A DNA stretch of 64,000 bases from an uncultured Armatimonadetes bacterium (GTDB lineage: Bacteria > Armatimonadota > UBA5829 > DTJY01). The stretch spans positions 3,776,001 to 3,840,000 of the forward strand of contig OY970325.1 in the NCBI GenBank assembly GCA_963717145.1. Direction: 5' to 3'. Of the stretch, positions 41,875 through 52,205 are shown in pieces (position 1 is the stretch's first letter; each line of letters begins with the position of its first letter). The notes below the pieces were generated by a model that had not been told where the DNA came from, did no database searches, and saw only the letters and a program-made list of their open reading frames with translations. The translations under genes were made by a program, and so were the position numbers.

Positions 41875-43269
41875 ATGTCACCAGAAGCGATCACTAGACG
41901 CGATTTTCTCAGATACGCCGGCGCCGGACTCGCTACCATTGCGATCCCCGGCGCGCTGTCGTCGGCATTGGCGGCGGACAAGCGGCCGAACATCATCCTC
42001 ATCGTCGCCGATGATCTCGGATACGGCGAACTCGGCTGCCAGGGAGGCAAGGACATCCCGACGCCGAACATCGATTCCATCTCAAAACACGGGATCCGTT
42101 TCACCAATGGATACGTCTCCTGCCCGGTATGCAGCCCGACTCGCGCCGGCCTGAACACCGGCCGATACCAGCAGCGGTTCGGCCACGAGCTGAACCCGGG
42201 GCCTCCGGGACAGGCGCAGGACAACTTCGGCCTGCCGTTGACGGAAACCTTCTTCGCGGCCAGGCTCAAGGCGGCGGGATACGTGACCGGTATGTTCGGC
42301 AAGTGGCACCTCGGCTACAGGAAGGGCTACATGCCGCTCGACCGTGGCTTCGATGAGTTCTTCGGCTTCCCCGGCGGCGCACATGCCTACATGAACGCCC
42401 AGATCGACGGCGACAACCCGATCATGCGGGGCAACAAGCCGGTTGATGAGAAGGAATACCTGACCGACGCCTTCGGGCGCGAGGCCGTGTCGTTCATCGA
42501 GAAACACAAGGCCGAGCCATTCTACCTCTACCTGCCGTTCAACGCCGTCCATTCACCGCTCGAAGCACCTGAGAAGTACATGAGCCGCTTCACGAGCATC
42601 GCGGACAAGAAGCGCCAGACGTTTGCGGCAATGCAGTCGGCGATGGACGACAACGTCGGCAAGGTGCTCGATGCCGTCCGCAAGAATGGGCTCGAGGAGA
42701 ACACGCTGATCATCTTCGTCAGCGACAACGGCGGACCCACGAAGGGTACCACCTCAGCCAACGGTCCGCTCCGCGCGTTCAAGGGCGACACCTACGAGGG
42801 GGGGATCCGCGTCCCATACATGCTGCAATGGAAGGGCAAGATCCCAGCGGGCAAGACTTACGATCAGCCCGTGATCGCGCTCGATATCGCACCGACCGTC
42901 TGCGCGCTTGCCGAAGCGAAGAGGGACGGCGCGAAGTTCGACGGCGTGGACCTGATGCCGTTCCTGACCGGCAAGTCGACCGACGCTCCTCACGAGGCTC
43001 TCTACTGGCGATATGGGAAGAAGTACGCGATCCGCGAGGGAGACTGGAAGCTCGTCGACAACGGCACCGGCAAGTGGGAGCTGTACGACCTCTCCAAGGA
43101 TATCGGTGAGTCGAAGGACTTGGCGGCTGACAAGCCTGCCAAGTTCAAGAAGCTGAAGGCCCGCTGGGACAAGTGGAACTCAGAACTCGTTCCGCCGCTC
43201 TGGCAGATGCAGCGCCAGCCGAAGAACAACAAGCCGGCGAAACCCGCCAAGCCGCCGAAAGCCAAGTAA
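41875..43269 (+). CDS. Arylsulfatase-family sulfatase with Tat signal
   Basis: TRRDFL, PNIILIVADDLG, CSPTRAGLNTG (CxPxR), GKWHLG and SDNGG. Confidence 0.93.
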   Translation: MSPEAITRRDFLRYAGAGLATIAIPGALSSALAADKRPNIILIVADDLGYGELGCQGGKDIPTPNIDSISKHGIRFTNGYVSCPVCSPTRAGLNTGRYQQRFGHELNPGPPGQAQDNFGLPLTETFFAARLKAAGYVTGMFGKWHLGYRKGYMPLDRGFDEFFGFPGGAHAYMNAQIDGDNPIMRGNKPVDEKEYLTDAFGREAVSFIEKHKAEPFYLYLPFNAVHSPLEAPEKYMSRFTSIADKKRQTFAAMQSAMDDNVGKVLDAVRKNGLEENTLIIFVSDNGGPTKGTTSANGPLRAFKGDTYEGGIRVPYMLQWKGKIPAGKTYDQPVIALDIAPTVCALAEAKRDGAKFDGVDLMPFLTGKSTDAPHEALYWRYGKKYAIREGDWKLVDNGTGKWELYDLSKDIGESKDLAADKPAKFKKLKARWDKWNSELVPPLWQMQRQPKNNKPAKPAKPPKAK

Positions 43270-43274
43270 GGCAA

Positions 43275-43340
43275 GTGTGGGGGTGTGGGAGTATGGGAGT
43301 ATTCCGGACGCCCATACTCCCACACTCCCATACTACCATT
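43275..43340. repeat. Inverted GGGAGTAT/ATACTCCC octamer arrays
   Basis: GTGTGGGAGTATGGGAGTATT...CCCATACTCCCACACTCCCATACT between convergent genes. Confidence 0.8.
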
Positions 43341-43346
43341 CTCCGC

Positions 43347-44534
43347 TTCGATCCACCCGCGGTCGTTCATCGACTGGACGACCTCGTCGACCGCGAGTAT
43401 CTGCGCGGCCAGGCGGTGACTCACGTCACGGCTCTCGGCCAGTGCGCATACCTCGTCGAACGCGCGGGATATCTGCTTGTCGATGACGGCGTATGTCTCC
43501 TCTTTATCCGTCAGACTGCCGGATTTCGCCTGCCGCCACTCGATATATGATGCGATCACGCCGCCGGCGTTCGCCAGGATGTCCGGAATCGCGCTGATCC
43601 CGCGCTCGCGGAGGACATCATCGCCCTCCGGAGTCGTCGGATCGTTCGCCGCCTCGATGACGAGCTTCGCCTTCAGTCTCTTTGCGGTGTCGGCAGTAAT
43701 CACTCCGCCCTTCGCCGCCGGAATCAGCACGTCGACCGGGAGCAGCAGGAGTTCGTCCCTGTCCATCGCCGGGAGCGATTCGCCTGAAAGCGGCGTTGCT
43801 CCTTTGAGATCGCAGATCGGCAGGCCGCATTCCATATAGACCGCGCTCCCGACATCGGAGACCGCGACCACCTTTGCACCCCAATCGGCGAGGAAGCGTG
43901 CCGTCCAACTCCCCACATTGCCAAACCCCTGGACCGCGACGGTCAGTTCCTCGACGCTCTTCCCTAGTATCCGCTCGGCCGCCATCCGAGTCGTGCTCGC
44001 GGCCCCATAGCCGGTCGCCTCCTCACGGCCTGGGAGTCCGCCGATCCGGGGCGGCTTGCCGGTCACGCATTCGGGGATGTGGGTACAGCCATAGATCGTC
44101 GCCATGTCGGCGGCGTTGGTGCCCATGTCAGGCGCGGGGACGTATGCGCCTGAGTTGATATACGGGCCGAAGATATGCACGTACTCGGTGATCAGCGCGC
44201 GCCTGGCCTCCGGACCGAGTTTCTTCGGGTTGATGCAGATGCCGGATTTGCCGCCGCCGAACGGAATCTTCGCCAGCGCGCACTTGTAGGTCATCAGCTC
44301 GGCCAGCCTGCGGGTCTCCTCCAGGCCGACGTCCTCGGACATGCGAATTCCGCCCTTCGCCGGGCCGCGAACGGCACAGTGGAGGACGATGTACGCATCG
44401 GCCGAGATCAGACCGCCGCCCCACTTGAGGTTCAGGTTCGCGTAGGCTTCCTGGTTGCTCTTACAGAGAAGCTGACGTGCTTCGAGGCTGATCTCGATGT
44501 ACTTCGAAACGAGATCGAGGTCTACAACGCTCAT
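43347..44534 (-). CDS. Glu/Leu/Phe/Val dehydrogenase (expected stop codon missing)
   Basis: GPAKGGIR, PFGGGKSG, PAPDMGT, GREEATGYG, QGFGNVG and PDILANAGGV. Homology ends at DRGWI, but the frame continues to 43002. Confidence 0.88.
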
Positions 44535-44617
44535 TTTCATCTCCTTCGATGAGTCGACTTCGCCGTCGCCATTGACGGCGACCAAACACAGTGGTATCTT
44601 ACCCAGCCACCGATGAG

Positions 44618-44646
44618 ATTATTGCAGGGAATCAGCCGCGTGTCAA
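44618..44646 (-). promoter_or_regulatory. Possible sigma70 promoter for the dehydrogenase
   Basis: TTGACA-N17-AATAAT on the minus strand. Confidence 0.4.
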
Positions 44647-44720
44647 CCGAACCTCGGGAGGAGTAGAACAGCGACAGGAGTAAGAGTAAGTACACCGGCT
44701 GACGGATTAGGAGCAATCGA

Positions 44721-47357
44721 ATGAGAATACTGGCAATCTGCATCCTTGTATCGCTGATTCTGGCGTCACGGCTTCTCTCTGACAAGTCGGACGTCTTTGA
44801 CATGTCCGACGTGTCCGGATGGGAGGGCCTCTCGCCCGATCCGAGCATCACGTTCAACAGCATGCCCGCCCCGAAGTGGGATCACTCCAAGAGCCCCCGC
44901 ATCAGCACGGAGAGTATCCCGCACGATTGGGTCCGGTTCAACTGCATCGAATTCGCGCTCCACTGCAATAAGGCGACCGACGGGAAGATCATGCTCGTGC
45001 TCGCGTCCGATACGCCGAAATCCCCCGAAGCGGACTACTTCCTCAAGCCGATCACGCTCGATTGGACCGGCTGGAAGTCGTTCACCATCCCGTACACCGA
45101 CTTCTCGATCGCCCGCTGCCCGATCGGGTTCAGCGACATCCAGTCGATCATGTTCACGTCCGACGGGTGGGAGCTGACGCCGGATCCGGCGGTGGTGATG
45201 CACATCGCCGACCTCCATCTTGGCCAAGCGCCGAGTCCCGCGATATCCGATGCCGATCTGTTCGACATGCTCGATCTCGATCGGACTGGACTCGAAAAGG
45301 TCAAGGCGGCGACCGACCCTGGGGCGAAGAAGCACGAGTTCGCCGAGTACCTGCGCAATCGGGTGACGCCGGTCTGGAAGTGGGACTGGCGCAATGAGCC
45401 GAAGCGCGAGCCCGACCCGTCGAAGGTCGACACCAAGGCGGCGGAGAGGGTGATGGCACATGAACTCTGGAGTTGCAGCCACTACCAGAAGTATGAGGGC
45501 GAGATCGACTGGACGCTCAACCCGATCAACTACCGCGAATGGCCGTGGCAGCTCAATCGCCACAGGGACTGGATCACCCTCGGCGACGCATATCGGCGCA
45601 CGGGCGACGAAAAGTACGCGCGGGAGTTCGTCTTCCAGCTCAGAGACTGGCTTGCGAAGTGCCCCGTGCCGACGGACTGCAGCGGGAACCAGTCATACAC
45701 CTGGCGCACGATTGAGGCGGGCATCCGCGCGGGCCAGTCGTGGATGGACATCTATCACAAGTTCCTGACCTCGCCGTCGTTCACCGACGATGCGGTCGTC
45801 GGAATGGTGAAGTCATTCGCCGAGCACGCAAGGCATCTGATGCGCTACCCCACGACCGGCAACTGGCTTACGATGGAGATGAACGGCCTGATGCACATCG
45901 GCGTCATGTTCCCCGAGTTCAAGGAAGCTCAGGAGTGGCGCACGTTCGCATCGGGGAAGGTCTACGAGGAACTCGACCGCCAGGTCTACCCCGATGGCGC
46001 TCAGATCGAGCTTTCGACCGGCTACCACCAGGTGAGTCTCGGCAACCTCGTCTCGGCATGGCAGGTCGCTCATCTGAACAACGTGCCGATGCCTGAGGAC
46101 TACGTCGCGAAGATCCAGCGGATGTACGACTATAACCTGAATGCCTCAATGCCCGGCGGCACTCTCCCTGGGCTGAACGATTCAGGACGCACGGGGATCA
46201 CCGGATCGATGAAACAGGCGTTCGAGTTCTACCCCGCGCGGAAGGATTATGAGTGGGTCGCGACCGGCGGTAAGAGCGGAGTGAAGCCATCGGTCGGCTC
46301 GATCGCGCTCCCATTCGCCGGCCAACTCGTGATGCGCTCCGGATGGGATCCGAACGATCTCTATCTGCTCCTCGACGCCGGCCCGTTCGGCTACGGCCAT
46401 CAGCACGAGGACGCGCTCTCGTTCGTGATCTACTCGCACGGCAGGTATCACCTCGTCGACGCGGGGAATTACCCCTACGACAGCTCGCAGTGGCGGCAGT
46501 ACGTGCTCTCGACCCGGGCGCACAACACCATCATGGTCGACGGCGAGGACCAGCATCGTCGCGGCAAGTCGAACAGAAACGAGTACGTCATCTCGAAGCC
46601 ACTGCCGAATAGGTGGATCGCGGGTGAAGGCTTCGACTACGCGTCCGGCGTCTACGATGAAGGCTACGGCCCGAAAAACGACGTCAGGGTGACTCATGCG
46701 CGACACATCTTCTTCGTGAAGCCCGAGTACTGGATCGTCACCGACTTCCTGACCCCGAAGGACACTCAGCCTCACCACTATGACAGCATGTTCCACCTTG
46801 ACACCGAGAGCGTCAAGGTCAACGGGAAATCGGTCGTCACCGAGAACAAGGAGTCGAACCTGGCGATCATCCCGCCGGCGGACGATGGCCTGAGCCTGAA
46901 GGTGATCTCGGGGCAGGAGAAGCCGATCGTGCAGGGATGGATGCCCGCGGGCGGGTACAACGTGCGCCCGATACCGGTTGCGAACTACAGCCGGGAGCAG
47001 TCCGGGCAAACGAGTTTCGCCTGCGTGTTCTACCCGATCGGCGCCGGGAAAGAATGCCCGATCGCTTCGGTGGAGAAGCTGCGGGTCGAGGGCCGCTCTC
47101 AGGTCGTGGGCCTCACCATCCGCTTCGCAGACGGACGGACCGACCATTCCGTCCAGGCGCAGAAACCAGGTGACACGCTCCGATTCCTCGATTTCGAGAC
47201 CGACGCGGAGGCAGCACATATCCGAGTGAATGCGGATGGGACATTGAAGGCACTCCTCGCCGGCGGGACAAAGATCACTCGAGGGGGCAAGCCCGTGGAA
47301 GCAGAGATCAGACCTATCGAGGACCTCTCGAATACGGAAGTAAGGCACAAGTTCTAG
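44721..47357 (+). CDS. Heparinase II/III family lyase with N-terminal carbohydrate-binding-like domain
   Basis: WQLNRH, WRTIEAGIR, NWLTME, YPDGAQIELSTGYH, MRSGW, GHQHEDALS and AHNTIMVDG. Confidence 0.85.
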   Translation: MRILAICILVSLILASRLLSDKSDVFDMSDVSGWEGLSPDPSITFNSMPAPKWDHSKSPRISTESIPHDWVRFNCIEFALHCNKATDGKIMLVLASDTPKSPEADYFLKPITLDWTGWKSFTIPYTDFSIARCPIGFSDIQSIMFTSDGWELTPDPAVVMHIADLHLGQAPSPAISDADLFDMLDLDRTGLEKVKAATDPGAKKHEFAEYLRNRVTPVWKWDWRNEPKREPDPSKVDTKAAERVMAHELWSCSHYQKYEGEIDWTLNPINYREWPWQLNRHRDWITLGDAYRRTGDEKYAREFVFQLRDWLAKCPVPTDCSGNQSYTWRTIEAGIRAGQSWMDIYHKFLTSPSFTDDAVVGMVKSFAEHARHLMRYPTTGNWLTMEMNGLMHIGVMFPEFKEAQEWRTFASGKVYEELDRQVYPDGAQIELSTGYHQVSLGNLVSAWQVAHLNNVPMPEDYVAKIQRMYDYNLNASMPGGTLPGLNDSGRTGITGSMKQAFEFYPARKDYEWVATGGKSGVKPSVGSIALPFAGQLVMRSGWDPNDLYLLLDAGPFGYGHQHEDALSFVIYSHGRYHLVDAGNYPYDSSQWRQYVLSTRAHNTIMVDGEDQHRRGKSNRNEYVISKPLPNRWIAGEGFDYASGVYDEGYGPKNDVRVTHARHIFFVKPEYWIVTDFLTPKDTQPHHYDSMFHLDTESVKVNGKSVVTENKESNLAIIPPADDGLSLKVISGQEKPIVQGWMPAGGYNVRPIPVANYSREQSGQTSFACVFYPIGAGKECPIASVEKLRVEGRSQVVGLTIRFADGRTDHSVQAQKPGDTLRFLDFETDAEAAHIRVNADGTLKALLAGGTKITRGGKPVEAEIRPIEDLSNTEVRHKF

Positions 47358-47367
47358 GGGATCGGGA

Positions 47368-48000
47368 TCAGGGGGTGGGGGACTGCCGGATGAGGTAAGT
47401 GCAGCGGCGACTGCCGGTGGTCATGAGTTCGGTTCGCTGGACGTCTGCTCCAAGTACCTGCTGGAGCATCTCCATCTCCTCTGCGCAAGCCTGCGGGAAG
47501 AGGCTGACCACTCGGCTGAGCACACAATTGTAAATGTGTAGCTCGTAGCCGCCCTCGACCGGATACCACTCGGCCATCGCATCATCCTCGCTCAGGAGTT
47601 CAGTCAGCCGCGCGATCTTCTGCTCGAGTTCCATTCCCGCGAGCTTCGCCGCATACTCGACCGCGAGTGTCGTCGCCCGCGCGTGGAATATGCCATGGAT
47701 CTTCTCCTCGCCGTCCAACTCGGCAATGCGGCTCAGGATCGAGGTTGCGAGGTGCTCATACTGCTTGGGGAAGATCTCATCGGCCAGGGAAGAGAGGACG
47801 TAGACCGCGACCGGACGACCGACGGGCCTGCGAGTCACGTGCTGCTCCACGAGATCGGCTGCTTGTAGATGAGTTAGTTGATGGCGAACGGCAACCGATG
47901 TCATGCCGAGGCATTCGGCAAGCTCAGTAGCGGTAAGTTCTCCCCGCTTCTTCAGCGCGTGGAGAATCTCTCTCCGTGTTGATGTGAGGTGACGCGGCAT
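47368..48000 (-). CDS. SufR-like (COG2345-type) HTH transcriptional regulator
   Basis: TRREIL...LGMTSVAVRHQL, GRP..Y.L, FPKQY and C-terminal Cys motifs (YNCV, ACAEE, RCTY). Confidence 0.78.
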   Translation of the reverse strand: MPRHLTSTRREILHALKKRGELTATELAECLGMTSVAVRHQLTHLQAADLVEQHVTRRPVGRPVAVYVLSSLADEIFPKQYEHLATSILSRIAELDGEEKIHGIFHARATTLAVEYAAKLAGMELEQKIARLTELLSEDDAMAEWYPVEGGYELHIYNCVLSRVVSLFPQACAEEMEMLQQVLGADVQRTELMTTGSRRCTYLIRQSPTP

Positions 48001-48149
48001 TATATGTACCCGGTTGGACGATCATACCACAGGTATATACCCCCACGTCAAGCGAACTGAAACCTGGAATCTGACCGTTTGTATCCTTTGCGCCCGCTTG
48101 CCTGCCCAGATGACATGCATTTCCCGTCCAATATGGGGTATACTGAGAT

Positions 48150-48233
48150 GTAGTGGCCGTGCCTCCGTGCCGGCCATTGGCCACCATAGCGCCATCTCTG
48201 ACGGCATGGCCGGCACGGAGGCACGGCCACTAC
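48150..48233. repeat. GTAG REPIN (RAYT family)
   Basis: Perfect inverted pair of the 28-bp REP. Confidence 0.92.
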
Positions 48234-48267
48234 ATCGCCGAAGAGACACGAACCGGAGGCACAGAGA

Positions 48268-49296
48268 ATGATCGACCTGATCAGTGATACCGTCACCCAG
48301 CCCTCTCCCGAGATGAGGAAGGCCATTGCAGAGGCGGAGGTCGGCGACTCCCAGCGCGCCGAGGATCCGACCGTCAATGCACTCCAATCCGAGGCCGCCG
48401 AACTCCTCGGCAAGGACGCGGCGCTCTTCGTGCCATCCGCCACGATGGCCAACCAGATCGCCTACAAGGTCCACACCCGGCCCGGCGACGAGATCATCAT
48501 GGACCGCTGGTCCCATCCGATCCACTTCGAGGGAGCTGGCCCCGCCGTCCTCTCCAGCGTGATGATCTACCCGCTCGACGGCGACCGGGGCGTCTTCGGC
48601 GAGGAAGACGTGCTCGCCGCGATCCGTCCGGACGATCCTCATTCGCCCCGCACGCGGCTTGTGTCGATCGAGCACACCCACAACCTCGGCGGCGGCAAGA
48701 TCTGGCCGATGGACACACTCGCGGCGGTATCGAGCGTCGCCCGCCTTCACGGATTGGCCCTTCACATGGACGGCTCGCGTCTGATGAACGCCGTCGTCGC
48801 GACCGGCATCAGCGCCCGGGATTACTGCGCCAACGTCGATTCCGTGACGCTCTGCTTCACGAAGGGCCTCGGCGCTCCCGTCGGGGCCGTGCTGGCCGGC
48901 GACAAAGATTTCATCAAGCAGGCGCGGAGATACCAGCAGACGTTCGGAGGCGCGATGCGTCAAGGCGGGATCATCGCTGCGGGCGCGCTCTATGGCCTCA
49001 GGCACAACGTCGATCGCCTGGCCGAGGACCACGCCAACGCGCGGCTGCTGGCCGAACGTCTGGCCGCTGAGGACGGCATCGACATCCGGCCCGCTGATGT
49101 GGAGACGAACATCGTCTTCTTCGGCGTGAGCGGCACGAGAATGAGCGCTCAGGATTTCGCGGGAAAGCTGAGGGATCGCGGCGTCAGAGTGGGAGCATAC
49201 AAGGGCGAGAGGATGAGAGCCGTCGTCCACCTCGGCATCACCCGCCAGGACATCATCACGGCGGCAGATGCCATTCACCAGGTACTCGCAGGATAG
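48268..49296 (+). CDS. ltaE: Low-specificity L-threonine aldolase
   Basis: [35 protein letters not shown] and GGAMRQ. Confidence 0.9.
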   Translation: MIDLISDTVTQPSPEMRKAIAEAEVGDSQRAEDPTVNALQSEAAELLGKDAALFVPSATMANQIAYKVHTRPGDEIIMDRWSHPIHFEGAGPAVLSSVMIYPLDGDRGVFGEEDVLAAIRPDDPHSPRTRLVSIEHTHNLGGGKIWPMDTLAAVSSVARLHGLALHMDGSRLMNAVVATGISARDYCANVDSVTLCFTKGLGAPVGAVLAGDKDFIKQARRYQQTFGGAMRQGGIIAAGALYGLRHNVDRLAEDHANARLLAERLAAEDGIDIRPADVETNIVFFGVSGTRMSAQDFAGKLRDRGVRVGAYKGERMRAVVHLGITRQDIITAADAIHQVLAG

Positions 49297-49415
49297 GAAC
49301 TCGGGCGTTCTTGGCGCTCTTGTCCCCTTGGCGTTCTTGGCGTCTTGGCGGTTCATGCAGGTCAAGTCATCCCCGGCGGGGAACAGAATATACAGTCACA
49401 AGACGGAGGCAAAAC

Positions 49416-49736
49416 GTGCAAATACAATTTCAGAGGATCGCTCGAGGTCCGGCGTGGGAGCGCTGGATCATCGAGGAAGGGCAGCATGGGGACGCCGCCT
49501 ACGCGGGCCATGTCGTCATCACCTACTCGGATACGACGACCGACTCAGTCTTCGAGGCCGATGTGGTATTTCTGCGCCCGCTCAGCGAGGACGAGATGGG
49601 CGACCTGCTGGACGAGCTCTCCCGAATTCTGTGCAATGAGGGCGGCGCCTCGATCTTCATCGGCGATGAAGTCGTCCGCAAGTGCTTCTGCCCGGAGGAC
49701 GACGACGACTTCGACGATGACGAGACGCTGAACTGA
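49416..49736 (+). CDS. Small acidic hypothetical protein
   Basis: GGAGG RBS + GTG; coding-like codon usage; Asp-rich tail. Confidence 0.6.
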   Translation: MQIQFQRIARGPAWERWIIEEGQHGDAAYAGHVVITYSDTTTDSVFEADVVFLRPLSEDEMGDLLDELSRILCNEGGASIFIGDEVVRKCFCPEDDDDFDDDETLN

Positions 49737-49754
49737 AAACGTGGGCCATCTCGC

Positions 49755-49947
49755 CTGCGCCCCTCCTTACGAAGGAGGGGCCGGCCGGCAGGCCGGGGGA
49801 GGTTTGGCTTGGCGTCCTTGGCGTCTTGGCGGTTCCCTCTCGTGTGCCCGCATGAAGAAACCCCCTCGGCCCAGAGGCGTCGAGAGACGCCGGAGGCCGT
49901 CCCCAGAGGGACGCAGAGGCCGGTCCCCCTTCGTAAGGGGGACATCT
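49755..49947 (-). repeat. CCCCCTTACGAAGGGGG-family composite repeat (intergenic)
   Basis: Reverse complement matches the insertion in ogg (6771-6919). Confidence 0.88.
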
Positions 49948-49954
49948 CCGTGGG

Positions 49955-52048
49955 CTACAGGTTGATCCGCCTGAGCAACTGCGCGTTGGCGGCCACGATC
50001 ACCGTGCTGACCGACATGAAGAGCGCCCCGACGGCCGGTGGGAGGATTATCCCGTACCCGGCAAGCACTCCGGCAGCGAGCGGGATGGCGACCACGTTGT
50101 ACCCCGTTGCCCATAGAAGGTTCTGCACCATCTTCCGGTAGCTGGACTTCGAGAGCCGCACGATCCGGACCACATCCCTCGGATCGTTTCTGACCAACAC
50201 GATCCCTCCCGCCTCTACCGCGACATCGGTTCCCGCGCCGATCGCGATCCCGACATCCGCCGCCACGAGCGCGGGTGCGTCGTTCACCCCATCGCCGACC
50301 ATCGCTACACGCTTGCCCTGCCGACGAAGCTCCTCGACCTTCTTCGCCTTGTCCTCCGGCAACACGCCGGCGTAGTACTCGTCGATCCCCAGTTCGCCGG
50401 CGACCCAGCGCGCGACATCCTCACTGTCGCCGGTCATCATGGCGACTCCGATGCCCTCCTCCCGGAGGCCCTGAACCGCCTCCCGGGACTCGGGCCGGAT
50501 GACATCCGCCAGGGCAAATGCCGCCTTCACGTGGTCCTCATCGACCAGGTAGACCACCGTCTGCCCGGCCTGACGCGCCTCCTCGATCGAGCCGAAGAGG
50601 GCGGGCCGGGAGGGCGAGGCTTCGTCCGAGCCGGATGCTTCGGCAGCAGAACCGAGTGGCGCTACGGAAGCATCCGGCTCGGACGGAGCCTCGCCCTCCC
50701 GCGTGTCCTCCTTGGATGATAGCATCCCAGGCCCGCCGACCATGATCGTCCGCCCATCGATCCGCGCCTCGACCCCACGACCTGGGAGCGCCCGGAAGCC
50801 TTCCACCTGAGGTAGCTCCAGATGCCTATCCTCTGCCGCACGGACGATCGCGCGGGCAATAATGTGCTCCGAATCCTTCTCCACCGAAGCGGCGAGGGCG
50901 AGAGCCCGGTTCTCATCCATGTCGCCGACCGTATAGACTCCGACGACGCCCTGCTCGCCCTTGGTGAGAGTGCCTGTCTTGTCGAAAACGACCACATCCA
51001 GGTTCCGCGCCAGTTCGAGCGCCAGCCGGTCGCGCACCAGGAGTCCGTTCCGGGCGGCAAGAGTCGTCGAGATCGCCACGACCAGTGGAATCGCCAGCCC
51101 GAGCGCGTGCGGGCAGGCGATCACCATCACCGTGACGGTCCGCTCGAGCGCAAATGCCCCGGGACGGCCGCTGAAGAACTCCCAGGCGATGAATGTGATC
51201 GCCGCGACCGAGAGCGCGATGATCGTGAGCCAATATGCGGCCCGGTCTGCCAGATTCTGAGCCATCGAGCGGGACGCCTGCGCCTGCTCGACGAGCTTCA
51301 TGATCCCCGCGAGCGCGGTCTCCTCCCCGACCTTCGTCACCCGCACCCGGAGCGATCCGTCGCCGTTCACGGTTCCGCCGATCACCTCCGAGCCGGGCGA
51401 CTTCGGGACCGGCATCGACTCGCCCGTGATCATCGCCTCGTTGACATCGGATTCGCCCTCGACGACCTCGCCGTCCGCCGGGACCTTCGCGCCCGGTCGG
51501 ATCAGGACCAGGTCGCCCTTCCGAAGCTCAGAGACCGGTATGACCTCCATCTGCCCACCGGTGATCCGCTCGGCCTCGTCCGGCATCCATCTCGCCAGTT
51601 CCCGAAGCGCTCCACGAGCGGCTCCAATCGCCCGCATCTCCATCCAGTGCCCGAAGAGCATCACGGTCACCAGCGTCGAAAGCTCCCAGTAGAGCGGTTC
51701 GCCCCTGAGTCCGAAGGTCACCGCGACCGAGTATACGTATGCGACGGTGATCGCCAGCGCGATGAGCGTCATCATCCCCAGGGCGCGCGCCTGAATCTCC
51801 GTGATCGCTCCCCGAAGGAAGAAGAGCCCGCCGTAGAAGAAGATGATCGTGCTCAGGACAGGTGGGACGTACGCCGAGCCGGGGAATGCCGGAGGGGTGA
51901 AGTGCAATAGCCGTTGGATGCCGGTCGAGTATATGACCACCGGGATCGTCAGGACCAGGACGACCCGGAACTTCCGCCACAGGATGCCGATGTCGTGGCC
52001 GGCATGGCGTTCGTGGGTCGTGTGGGTTGTGTGCTCGCCGTGTTCCAT
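49955..52048 (-). CDS. copB: P1B-type heavy-metal ATPase (CopB-like)
   Basis: His-rich N-terminus, [30 protein letters not shown] and MSVST. Confidence 0.85.
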   Translation of the reverse strand: MEHGEHTTHTTHERHAGHDIGILWRKFRVVLVLTIPVVIYSTGIQRLLHFTPPAFPGSAYVPPVLSTIIFFYGGLFFLRGAITEIQARALGMMTLIALAITVAYVYSVAVTFGLRGEPLYWELSTLVTVMLFGHWMEMRAIGAARGALRELARWMPDEAERITGGQMEVIPVSELRKGDLVLIRPGAKVPADGEVVEGESDVNEAMITGESMPVPKSPGSEVIGGTVNGDGSLRVRVTKVGEETALAGIMKLVEQAQASRSMAQNLADRAAYWLTIIALSVAAITFIAWEFFSGRPGAFALERTVTVMVIACPHALGLAIPLVVAISTTLAARNGLLVRDRLALELARNLDVVVFDKTGTLTKGEQGVVGVYTVGDMDENRALALAASVEKDSEHIIARAIVRAAEDRHLELPQVEGFRALPGRGVEARIDGRTIMVGGPGMLSSKEDTREGEAPSEPDASVAPLGSAAEASGSDEASPSRPALFGSIEEARQAGQTVVYLVDEDHVKAAFALADVIRPESREAVQGLREEGIGVAMMTGDSEDVARWVAGELGIDEYYAGVLPEDKAKKVEELRRQGKRVAMVGDGVNDAPALVAADVGIAIGAGTDVAVEAGGIVLVRNDPRDVVRIVRLSKSSYRKMVQNLLWATGYNVVAIPLAAGVLAGYGIILPPAVGALFMSVSTVIVAANAQLLRRINL
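50607..50701. repeat. Palindromic REPIN inserted in-frame in the ATPase
   Basis: CGGGAGGGCGAGGCTTCGTCCGAGCCGGATGCTTC...GAAGCATCCGGCTCGGACGGAGCCTCGCCCTCCCG (35-bp arms, one mismatch). Confidence 0.88.
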
Positions 52049-52205
52049 CACGATCACTTACCCGCTGGAGGACCGAGCAAAACGGACGATCGAGTGTCGT
52101 TTGATGCGTCCGCCCACCGGGTATTCTTATATGAAAGAAACAGGATAATGCCATCGCACGTCTAATGCATTAAGTGAGTGACCTCAACGGGCAGGAGGAT
52201 CGATC

